Below, piece by piece: positions 12,601-24,600 of a stretch of DNA of 64,000 bases. The notes below the pieces were generated by a model. That model was not told the origin of the DNA. It ran no database searches and was given only the letters and a program-made list of their open reading frames with translations. How positions within the stretch are numbered: the stretch's first letter is position 1; each line of letters begins with the position of its first letter. The position numbers and the translations under genes are program-made. The stretch is from positions 124,001 through 188,000 of the forward strand of contig JAPMXV010000022.1 of the NCBI GenBank assembly GCA_026936335.1, read 5' to 3'. This DNA comes from Mantamonas sphyraenae STR306 (taxonomy: Eukaryota; Protista; CRuMs).

Positions 12601-15600
12601 AACGAAGCTGATGCGCAAGGAGGATGAGCTGCAGCACGCACGACAGATGCTGGAGCGCGAAGAGAACATGGTGCGAGAGGTGCAGGGTCAGCTGCGTACG
12701 CTGCAAGAGACCAACGAGCAGCTGCGAGACAAACTGAGCACGAGCGAAACGGCACTGCGCGAAGCGAAGCACGAGGTGGCACAGCTGACGACGCGCGTGC
12801 ACTACACGACAGGCGAGAAGGAGCGCAGCACACGAGACCAAGAGCAGATGGAAAGGCTGCTGGCAGACAGGGAGAGCAATGTGACCAAGCTTGAAGCAAA
12901 GCTGGCCGAAGCCAACGAGGCGCTGCAGGCTGCACGAGGCGAGATTGCGACGTGCAACGAGCAGCTGCGCGGCCTGGAGGCGACGCGCAAGTCGCTGGAA
13001 GAACGTGTGGGCGACCACTCGAGCGGCATGACGCAGCTGCAGGCCAACCTGGAAAAGGCGCAGGAGGAAGTGCGTGCGCAGCGGGAGCAGGCGCAGAACG
13101 AGGTGCGTGTGCTGCGCGAGAAACAGGCCGACGAGCTGAAGATGGCCAAACAGGAGTTTGCCAACAAGCTGAGCGAACAGAGTCGCATCCACAGCAACGA
13201 GCTGAACTTGGCGAACGAAACCCACCGGAGCAAGGTGGCAGAGATGAACGGACGCATCGAGCGGCTGACAGAGCAGCTGGAGGGCATGCAAAAGAGCCAC
13301 CAGGTGGAGCTGAAGCGTGAGGAGAGCAAGTACGAGACGCACGTGAAGGAGTCGCGTCTGACAATCGACGAGCTGAAGAGCAGCAACGCCGAGCTACAGG
13401 CGACAGTGAAGGAATTGGAAAAGGAGCTCAACGAAGAGCGTCTGCGCTGGCACACGACAGAGATGAAACTGTCGCAGGAGAGTGAGTCGCGTGCCCAGAA
13501 CGTAAAGATGCTGGAGACACGCATCAAGGACCTTCGGGAGCAGTTTGAGCGGGAACGCAACATGATGGCGGCGGAGAGTGATCGCGTGCAAGAGGAGCTG
13601 CGCAACCGCATGAGCGAGAAGGACAGCGCGATCAAGGACCATCTGCACCGCATCCGGGACCTGGAACAGGAGCGCGCGAACGACAAGAAGTACCACGACG
13701 ACCAGATGAGCTCGATGCGAGACAGGTACGACAACACGCTGTCGCACAAGGACGAAGAAGTGATGTCGCTGAGCAAGCAGGTGGTTGAGCTGGAGGCACG
13801 CGCGAGCGTTGGCGAGCACAACAGCGACCAGGCGATGGAGAATCTGAAGAAGGCGCACCAGGACATGGCAGACACGCTGAAGATGCGCCTGGAAGCGGCA
13901 AACAGCACGATTGCGGAGCTGAAGATGGCGGCAAAGGACAACGAAAAGGAACTGTCCAGCGATTACGAGAAACAGCTGACGAAGCTGGAGCATGCAATCA
14001 CGGACAAGGACAGGAAGATCGAAGAGTTGCAAAAGACGGTGCGGGATCTGGAGCTGCAGCTGGTGAAGCAGCAGCAGCACTTTGCAGAGGAAACGCGGGA
14101 CTCGCGATCCGCAGCAGAGATGGCACACCGAGAGAAGGAGATGGAGGCGATGGAACTGGGCCGCAAGGTGAAGGAGATGGAGCAGCGCATGAACGAAAAG
14201 GCGGCCGAGGCACAGCGGGAGCGCGAGGCTCTGCGCAACGAGATGGAGCGCAAGCTGGTGGAGAAGCAGGGCGAGGTGGACCGCATGGCCGAACGTGTGG
14301 ACGGCAAGGCGAGAGAGGTGGAACATGCACAGCGTCGCACGGAAGACGAGCTGCGACGCGCACAAGCAGAGCACGAGCAGGCGATGCGAGAAGAGCAGGC
14401 GCGCAGTGCAGCTGTGGCCGCGAGTGTGAAGGACAAGGAGATTGAACACACAAAGGCGGTGGGCGCACTGGAGCGACGCATGGACAACCTGGAGTTGCAG
14501 CTGGAAGGCAAACGGCAAGAGGTGAATGCGCTGGAAACCAAGGTGCAGGACATACGCACGGCACATGTGGCGGAACTGAAGCGCATGGAAGACAGGCTGC
14601 TGGAGAAGAACAACGCGCTGGAGAAGCTTGCGCGCAAATTGCAGCGTGCCGAAGCGGCGGCTGTGCAGAGCAAAGAGGAGCACCGGGAGGCGATGAGTGC
14701 GTTGCGCACCGAGCTGCAAGGGGTCGTTGGTGAACGCGACGGTGAGATTGGGGAGCTGAGGCAGAGGCTGGCAGAGATGCAGGAAGAGGCAAACATGCAA
14801 CACGAGTCACACACCGAGACGCTGGGTTCGATGCAGAACGAGTACGAGCGGCAGCTGAGCGAACAGCAGCAGGAGTTGCTTGCAGTGAACCAGCAGGTGG
14901 CATTCATGATGGCGGAGCGTGAGCGGGATGCAGAGGCACGTGAGCGAGAGCGTGAGTCGTTTGCAAACGAGCACGAGACGAGCATGGCGCAGGCGGACGA
15001 CGAGGCGATGCGTCTGCGTGGCGAACTGCAAGAGGCACAGCGTGCACTGGCCGACGCCAAGAGCAGGCACGAGATGGAAATGGACAAGACGAGGCGAGAG
15101 CACGAGGCGGCCATGCACATCAAGACGCTGGACATTGAAAACGCACAGCAGCGTGCGGCCGAAGCCGAAAGGCAGCGCGAACAGGCCATGTTGGACAGGG
15201 AGCGGCAGGTGGAGGCGCTGAAGAGACAGGCGGACCAGGAAGGCGGCGAGGCAGCCAAGCTTGCGGAGCGTCTGCACACGGCGATGCAGGAGCAGGAAGT
15301 GCGACTGGGCGGCCAGCTGCGAGAGGCAGAAGTGCGCGTACAAGAGGCAGCCAACCAGCGCAACACGCTGCAGGAGGAGATTGCCTACCTGAAGGAACGG
15401 CTGGAGGCGCAGTCGGGCGAAGCGCGTGCCGAGCTGGGCAGGCGCGAGGCGGAGCACGAGAAGAAGGTGGCCTCTCTGGAGGCACAGGTGGAGAGTGCAC
15501 GCCGTGCAGAGAGCGAGGCTGCAGAGAAGCTTGTTGCGCTGGAAGGAAGCAAAAACAGCGAACTGGCCCAGTTGCGGGAGCAGCTGAGCGGGATGCGGCA

Positions 15601-18600
15601 CGAGGCCGAGTCAAAGCTTGCACAGGCAGGGCAGCACGTGCAATTTTGCGAGGACAAGATTGCAGAGCTGCAGGCAGGGGCCAACGAGGAGAGGCTGATG
15701 GCGAGCGCACAGATGGAGGAGGAGAGGCGGCGAGCCGGGGAGATGGTGCGGGACAAGGAGCGAGAGCTGGAGGCTGCACGAGGACGCATGAGCGAGCTGC
15801 AGAGGCAGCATGCAGAGGAGACGTCGCGTCTGCAGCAACTTGTGCGTGAAGCAAACGCACAGGTGGGGATGAAGGAGGAGAGCATCGGGGAGCTGCGACG
15901 CAAGCTGGCGGAAGCGTCGGAGGAGAAGCGCAGTGTACAGCGAGAGATGAACGAGAAGATGGAGATGCGCGTGCAAGAGGTGGCGATGCAACTGAGCAAG
16001 CGAGAGAGCGAGGTGGCGGAGCTGACAAAGGAGATTGCAAACATGCAGAGGTCGCATGCGCAGGAGACACGCGCTCTGGCAGAGGATGCACAGCGTGCAG
16101 AGCTGAACCAGTCGACGAGCCTGGAGAAGAAAGAGTCGGAGTACCAGGAGCTGCTGCGCAAGGCACGAGAGTTTGAAAAGATGGTGTCGAACGAACACAC
16201 GCGGTACAACGCAGCGATGGAACAGATCCGCACGCTGCAGGCGACGGTGGCAGAGCGCAACCGGGAGAACCGGGAGCTGACCGAGCGTCTGCAGGAGCGA
16301 GAGGCGGCAAGCGCCAAGGAAATCAGCAAGATTTCGGAACAGATGGAGGCGGCGCGACGCAGTACCGAGGAGACGACGAGCAAGCAGGGCAAAGAGATCA
16401 TGGCACTGTACAAACAAATCTCGGAGCTGGAGTCGAAGCACTCGCTGGAGACGCAGAGGCTGTCGTTTGAAAAGTCGCAGGCGGAGCGAGACAACGAGAG
16501 CGCACGTGTGCTCCAGCAACGAGAGGCGGAAACGCTGCAAGCGGCGGTGAGCGAACTGCGCGAACAGCTGGCCAACACCAAGCATGAACTGAAGCGCAGC
16601 GAGAGCGAGGTGAGCGAACTGCAGGAGAAGGTCAAGGCTGCGGAGGAGTTGCGACGTGACCACGAAGCACTTGTCCTTGCACAGGCAGCGGCGGAGCGCA
16701 AGCATGAGCGTGCCACAAACCAGCTGCAGCTAGCGTGCGAAAAGGCGGAACTCAAGGCGTCGGAAGCGCAGAGGCGCGCAAACCAGGAGACCCAGTCGTT
16801 GCAGGGACAAGTGCACGAGCTGGAGCTGGAGCTTGCGTCGCAGAGGCAGACGCTGCACAGGGAGTATGAAGAGGCACGCAACGCGCTGCAGGCACAGCTG
16901 CAGGAAGCGGAAACGGAGGCGGAGATGGTGTCGCGCAAGGCCAAGGAGCTGGAGGGACGACTGGAACGCGAAGCACAGCGCGAATCGGAGGAGATGCAGG
17001 CGATGAAACATGCGCACGAGATGGAGATGCAGGAAAAGAACTTTGAGCTTGCGACGCTGCGCACGAAGCTGGAGGAGCGTCGCGGAGGTGTGCAGGCACA
17101 CAGTACGGTGAACGGAAGCAGCAGCGTGGCGCTGGACGGAAGCAGCATGCTGGAGGAGAGCCGTGTGGTGCGTGAGTACGAACACAAGCTGTTTGAAAAG
17201 CAGGCCGAGGCACAGGCGGCTGCGTTGCGCGTGCAAGGGTTGGAACAGGCGCTGAAGCAGGCCGAGCGACAGCTGGAGGACAAGGTGGACAGTGTACGCA
17301 GCGAATTGGGCAGCAAACTGGAAGCGAAGCAGGCGGAAATCGAAGCACTGAAGGAGCGCGTCAGCGAAACAAGGAATGCCAGCGAGGCGGAGAGGCGTAA
17401 GATGCAGGTGGACGCCGAGGCGTGGGTGGCACAGGCACAGGAGCAAGTGGACAAGGTGGAAGCAGAGCTACAGCGTGCACGCGAGCGTGTGCGGGATCTG
17501 GAAATGAGCCAGGCAACGAGTGGCGAGGAGTCGAAGCACGCGGTGCAATCGCTGCAGCTGCAGTTCCAGCAGCAGCTGGCAGAGAAGGACACGGAGCTTG
17601 AGCGCATGCAGGGACGTCTGCGCGAGACACAGGTGCAGGCAAGCAGGCTGGAGGAGCGGCTGGAGAACGAGCTGCAGCGGAACCAGGAAGCCGGTGCAGC
17701 CAAGCTGAATGCGTCGGAGCGCCAAGCGGCACAGTTGACGGCACAGGTGGTGAAGCTTCAAGGGCAGCTGGAAAGCCTGCAGGAGCGTGCCGAGCACGAG
17801 GTGCACACATTGCAGGAGCATCTTGCTGGGATGGAGCGTGAGGCACGGGAGGCGGTGCACATGAAAGAGCTGGAGCTGATGGGGCTTCATGAGCAGGTGC
17901 GAGCGATGCAGGAAGGAACGGATGGTGCATCGCGACGCAGGGAGCGGGATGTGGAGCGTGAACGCAGTGTGCTGGCAGGCAAGTTGGCAGACGCACAGCA
18001 GGTGAACGCGGATCTGAGGCGCGAGGTTGGTCAACTGCAGGAGAAGTTGGCGGCCGCAGACGGGCGTGCGGAGGAGCAGATGCGCGAGTGGAAACGGGGC
18101 CAGGAGCGAGAACAGATGGACTTGCGTCTGGCGAAGGAACAGCTGCGTGCAGATCTGGAGCGTGTGCAAAAGGAACTGCAGGAGACGCGTGTGCGGTTTG
18201 AGGAGCGCGAGAGCGAGAGCAAGGTGGCACACGAAAAGGCGTTGAGCGAACAGCAGAAGCGCATCCACGGCCTGGAGATGGAAGTGAGCCAGTTGCGGCT
18301 GGAAAAGGAGGGCGCGGTGGCAGCAAAGGAAACGGAGCTGCAGCGTGTCAAGGCTGAGCTGAACGGGGTGGTGCACGAGAAGCAACTGCGCGTGGAGCAT
18401 CTGGAGATGCGCCTTGAAGAGGCGGGGCGCCAAGCAAGCGAGGAGCGCAAACGATTCGTACGCGATCTGGAAGCAAACAAGGATGCGTTTGTGACGCGTG
18501 TGAACGAGAAGGACCGCGAAGTGGCTGCGGTTCAGGCACGCCTCGCCGAGATGCAGGCAGCTGCTGCCGAGGCGAGCGACAGGCAAGCAGACGACATGGA

Positions 18601-21600
18601 AAACACGCGCAATGACTACGACGTGGCTCTGGAGCGTTTGGAGAGGGAGGTGGAGGCACGCGAAGCACAACTGGTGAACCTGGAGCGTGAGCGTTCGAAC
18701 GAACTGGTGGCACACACACAGGCTCTGGCAGATCAGCAGGCGAAGCACGACACGGAAATGGAGCGCCTCGCAAAGCAATTGGAGGCTGCACGCGCGCAAG
18801 TGAGTGCGCAGGAGACAGCGATGTCCGAGGCCAAACGTGCGCACGAGCACGCGGTCGAACAGGTGCGACGCGAAGGCCAGGCAGCAGTGCAAGGTGTGCA
18901 AAGCGAGCTGGCCAACGTCAAGGCCATGTTGAAGGAGAGCCAATCGCGAGCGACGATGGAGATGGAGCGCGGAGCGGCTGCAGTGGCACAGGCGAAGCAA
19001 GAGCAGGAAATCCGTGTGCTGAGCCTGCAGTCGCAGATCGAACACCTGCGTTCACACCAAGCAGACAGCGAGGCACGACACTACGGCGAGCTGCGACGAG
19101 CACAGGAAGAGGTGGAGAGGAACCGCATGCAACACGAGGAGCAGGAACTGCGCATGGCACAGGAGATGGAGGATGTGCGACGCGAAATGAGCGAGGTGGA
19201 GAAGAGGCATCGCATGGAGATGCAGAAGCAGATGCACAGCGCCGAGCTGGAGCGCAACGAACTGCAGAGCAAGGTGGCGTCGCAGAAGGTGCAGGTGGAG
19301 AGCCTGAACGGGCTTCTGCTGGAGATGGAGGCCAAGGTGGAGAAGGAGGTGAAGCACGGCCTGGACGAGGTGGCACGCACACGGGAAAAGTACACGGGCA
19401 AGGTGAAGAACCTGAAGGAAGAGGTGGAGAACCTGCGACGTGCACTGGCGCTTGCAGAGCGCGACCGCAAAGCAGCCAACCTGAGCATGAGCGCAAGCGG
19501 CCTGGTGGCATTGAACGGAAGCAGCAGCAGCAGCAGCAGCACGCTGAACGGAAGTGGGTTGATGGACGAGAGCAGCATGCTGAACATGAGCCAGGGGGCA
19601 GCAGGCAATGTGAGCCAGGTGGCGTCGGGAGCGGCTGTGGCGCAATTGCAAAAGGAGCACGAGCGCAAGGTACACACTCTGAACATGGAAATCGAGGCAC
19701 TGCACCGCAAGCAGGCAGAGTCGGTGTTCCGCCAAGAGATGGAAGTGCACCGCGTGCAGGCGGCGGCGGAGAAGGAGCGTGTGGAATGCGACGCGGCGCT
19801 GCAGAGCAAGGAGACAGAGCTGCAGAACGTGAGCAAGCAACTTGCGTACGCGCAACAGGTGAACGACGAACTGAAGCAGGATGTGTTGCAGGAGAAGCAG
19901 GCACGTGAAGAGACGGCCAACACGCTGCACGCAAAGCTGCAGGAGATCTCGCAACTGAACGCACGCATGAACCAGATGGACCATGAGGCCAGACAGCGGG
20001 TGGGTCAACTGGAGCGACAGATGGCAGCCAGTACACAGGAGCACGAGAACAAGGTGGAGAAGCTGAACGCAACTGTGCAAAAGCTGCGCGCAAGCGTGCA
20101 GGACGGCGTACAGGCTCTGGAACAGGCGCAGCGTGACCACAACGAAGAGGTGAACCGCGTGAAGCGAGAGGAGCGAGGCAAGCGCCAGGCACTGCAGACC
20201 GAGTTGGAAGCCGCTGCAACGAAGCTTGCCACGGCCAAAACGGAGCTCGAGGTGGCCAGCGGACGCTTCAAGAGCCAATTGGAGCAGCTGGAGCGAGACG
20301 AAGAGTCGAAGCTGCGGGAGAAGAACAACGAGCTGGAGAAGGCGATGGATGCGCTGAAGGAAGCGAAGCACCAGCACGCGCTGGAGGTGCAAAAGTTGAA
20401 GAGTGACAGCGGCATGGCGAAGCGTATGCATACGGTGGAGATGGAGCAGCGTGCCGAGGAGCTGCGCAGCGTGCACGAGAAGCTGGCGATGCAGGAACAG
20501 GCAATGCACCAACAACGGCGGGCTCTGGAGCAGCAGGTGACGCAGGCACAAAACCAAACATCGGCCGTGATTCTGGAGAAGGACGCCGAGATCCAAAGCC
20601 TGCAGAATGCACTGGCGGCGACCGAGGCCAAGTACAGCGAGCAGGTGGCGAGGTACTCGAGTGCCATCGAGAAGCGAGAGAGCGACGACATGGTGCGCCT
20701 GCAGGTCAAGAACCAGGAGATCCAAGGGCTGGAGGACAAGGTGCAGAACATCCACCAGCAGCATGCGAGCGAAAACAGGCGTCTGCAGAGTGAGCTTGTG
20801 ACGGCGCGCAAGGAACTGGAAAGCAAGAGCCAGCAGGTGCTGAACCTGGAGGCACACGTGAGCGAACTGAGCGCACAGAGCAAGTCGCAATTGGAGAACC
20901 TTGAGCGAGAGCTGCGAGAGGCGGAGCATCGTGTGTCGACACGCACGGCAGAGCTGGAAGGCGCCAAAGGCAAAATTGCGGAGCTGGAGGCGCTGCGAGA
21001 GGAGGATAGCAGGCGGGCAGACGAGGTTGCAGAGAAGTGGCACCGCGTGAGCGAAGGCGTTCTGAAGGAGCGCAACACGGAAATCCAGGGGCTGAAGAGC
21101 AAGGTGGAGCGGCTGGAAACGGAGATGAGCTCGCGGGAACGCGAGTTTATGGAGGAGATGGACAGGCAGCGACGTGAACACCAGCGTAGCAACCAGGAGC
21201 GCAACACAGAGGTACAGAAGCTGCGCAACCAGATTGCGTCATTGAAGGCACAGCGGGAGCGGGAGACGGAGATGCAAGGGCGCAACGCGGACAAGCTGCG
21301 CATCGAATCGGAGGGCAAGGTGAAGGGTCTCCAGGGACGCGTGAACGACCTTGTGGTGCGACTGCGCGAAGCAGAAACGAGCAAGGGGATCATGCAACAG
21401 ACGGCGGAGGAACGACGCAAGGATTACGAAGCGCAAATTGCGGAGCTGAACAACGAAATCAGCTCGCTGCAACGCAAGGTGGGCGACACACGTGCAAGCG
21501 AAGAGCGCAAGGTGGCACGGCTGGGTGAGACGATCAACCGTCTGCGTGCAGAGAACGAAGAGCTGAACAAGATGCGGAACGCAGAGGTGCAGGAGATGCG

Positions 21601-24600
21601 CGAGCGTCTGCGGGAGGCGGAAATCACGCATTTGGACCAAAAGACGCAGCTGAAACACGGACTGGAGGAGCGCATCCGCAGCCAGGAGATGCAACTGAAC
21701 GACAGGGCACACCAGCTGGAGACGTTGAACAGGACGCTGATGCAGCAAGAGGAGGCGCACCGCACACGCCTGCAGCAGATGCACCAAGAGCACGAGCTGC
21801 AACTGACAACGGCCTTGCGCGACGTGGACACTCTGCACACAACCATGGGCGAACTGGAGTCGCAGAAGGAGGTGGAGAACGAAAAGCTGACCGCGCAGTT
21901 GGCAAGCATGCGTCGCGAGTTTGAGGCGGCGTTGCAGCAGAAGGAAATGGAGCTGAACGCAAGCCGGGAGCGACTTGAGGCAGCACGCACGAATGCAGAG
22001 GAACAGCAAAAGCGACTGGAGAGCGAACTTGCACGCGAACGCAGTGCAAGCAAGGAAGAGCTCGGGCGCAAAGAAACCGCACTGGCGCACGCCAACCGAC
22101 GCGTGGAGGAGTTGGAGAAACAGCGCGTGTTGGAGTCGAAGGAACTTGCAGAGCAGATGCGTGCGATGGCCGAGAGCAGCCAGAGCGAGGTGAGCGACAA
22201 GATGCGCGAGCTGATGGATGTTGGCTCGCGTCTGCAACAGCTGGAGAACGAACACCGCAACGCACTGGCAGCCCACGAACGGGAGCATGAAGAAACGGTG
22301 AAACAGTGGGAGCTCAAGGTACAACTGGCGGAGGAGGCCGGCGCCAAGGAGTTGGCGAGCCAACAGCGTGTGATGGACAAGAAGCTGAAGCAGGCACGTA
22401 AGGATGTGGAAGAGGCACGACAGGCCCACGAAGCATTGCGTGCAGAGAGCAAGGAGCGCATCGATGCGTTGGAGGCGTCGTTGCTTGCGTCACAGCAAGC
22501 GCACAGCGCAGCAGAGCGGGAGGCGCGCGACAAGGCGGAGCAGGCGCGCCAGGAGAGCAACGCCACCCAACTGGCACTAAAGATGGAATTGAAGGACGTG
22601 AGCAGACAGCTGGAGGCGGCACAGGAGAAGATGGAGGCGATGGAGACGCGTCACCGGGAGACGAACGAGCGCACGGTGAGGGAGAACGAACAGGTGCAGG
22701 CGGACCAGCGTGCAGAGATCGAGCGTCTGCGGGAACAGGTGTCGGATCTGCAAACGGAGCTTGCTGTGGAGCGTGAGCGAAGGACTGGGGATTTGGAACA
22801 CGCGCGTGCAGAGGCAAAGGAGAAGTTGGAAGGCAAGGTGGAGCAGATCCAGTCGATGAACGCAACACTGGTGGAGATGGAATCGAACGCAGGCACTCTG
22901 AAGCAGGTCATCGAGGAACGGAGCAAGGAGGTGGAGCGGCTGCAGGGCGAGGTGGCCAAGGCAAAGGAGAGTCAGAAGCGCAGTGCAAGCGAAGTGAAGA
23001 GCCTGCAGCGTGCGATGAAACAGGCGGAAGAGATGCACCAGGCGCAACTGAACGAACTGCACGGGGAAAAGCAGCGCGCCGAGGAACGCGCACAGAGCGT
23101 CCAGGCGGCGTTGCAAGAGGCACAGCGCAAGGCAGAGCTGGAGAACCGAGAGTATGCGGACGCACGCGAACAGCTGCGTCAAAGCTACGAGGGCCGTCTG
23201 GCACAAAAGAGCGAGGAAATCCTGGAGATGACGCGTGCTGTGAGCGCGGCAGAAGCAGAAGCGGAGCGGCTGCGGCAGGAGCAGGAGCTGCGTCTGAGCC
23301 AGGCGCGATCGCACGCGGACGAGCTTGCACGCACACACACGGCACAGATGGCACAAGCACAACAGAGCCACCAGGTGGAGATGCGACACCAGACACGCGC
23401 GTTGGAGGAGTTGAAGGAGCGCGTGGACGAGATGAAGGAGCGCCACGAAGCAGAGCTGCGCGGTACACAGGAAAGCCTGGGAAGGCAACTGGAACAGGAG
23501 GCGCAGAGGGCACAGGCCTTGGCACAGCAATGTGCACAGCTGGAGCGACAGGTGGAGGCCCTGGAGAGGCGAGAGGGCGAGATGAAGCGCGCTCACGAAG
23601 GTAGGCTTGCAGCACAGCAAGCGGATTTCGAGCGTGTGATGGAACGCACGCACGAGCAGCACAGCTATCTGCAGCAGCGCCTGGGCGAGTACGAGGAGCG
23701 ACTGGCAGGCGGCGAGGCCGAGGCACCGCTGCGTGAGCTGAGCAGCAAGATGGACGCAATGCTGGCAGAGACCAACACGCGCATCCGGGACCTGAACGGA
23801 ACGATGCACGAGATGGAGGTGAGCCACGCGGAGGAGAGCACGAAGCTGGAGCTGGAGAACCGCAACCTTGCGTCGCGACTGCAGGAAAAGACAGAGAGCC
23901 ACGCAGCGCTTGCGGAACGCGTGAGTGCGCTGGAGCAGAAGCTTGAGGCGGAACGATTGGAACACGCACGCATGATGAGCGACCTGGCGTCGGACAAGGA
24001 GGGCGAGGTGGAGGATTTGAAGAGGGTGCTGTTTGAAGCCGAGGCAGCGCACTCATCGCAGAGCCGACAGCGCTCGGAGGAGATGAGCCGTATGCGGGAC
24101 GAGCTGCAGGAGCAATTGCGTGCCAAGAACGAAGAGGTGAACCGACTGGTACGCGAGCTGGGCAGCAAAGACGTGGCCATTGCACAGGTGAAGCACGAGG
24201 CGGAAGAGATGCTGAGGAAGCAGGAAACGGCCACCGAGCGTGCGTTGGACGCGATGAAGAAGGAAATGCGCGAGGCGGAAAAGGCGGCGCAGGCACAGCT
24301 TGCCGCGCGGCCGTGGGCAAGAAGGAGGACGAAATGGAGGCGTTGGCAAAGGAGCTGAGCGACGAGTTGCACACGCGCGAACGCGACATCCAACAGCTGA
24401 CGGTGGAGCTGGGCAAGCAGGTGACACGTGCGGAGTTTGAGGCACAGCGTGCTGCGGACCAGCTGAACCAGTCGCGCAAGGAGTCGGAGTTGTTTGCTTC
24501 GCTGCAGGCGTCGGAAGCAGACAAGCTGAACAAGAGCGTGGCGAGTGTGCAGAAGCAGCTGAGTGCAGAGGCAGCGCGTCGCAACGCTATGGTGCGCGAC

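Noticed and set aside
24270-24330. Programmed -1 ribosomal frameshift signal
   Set aside because: No canonical slippery heptamer is present, and other indels in short repeats suggest consensus errors. Kept only as a low-level finding.
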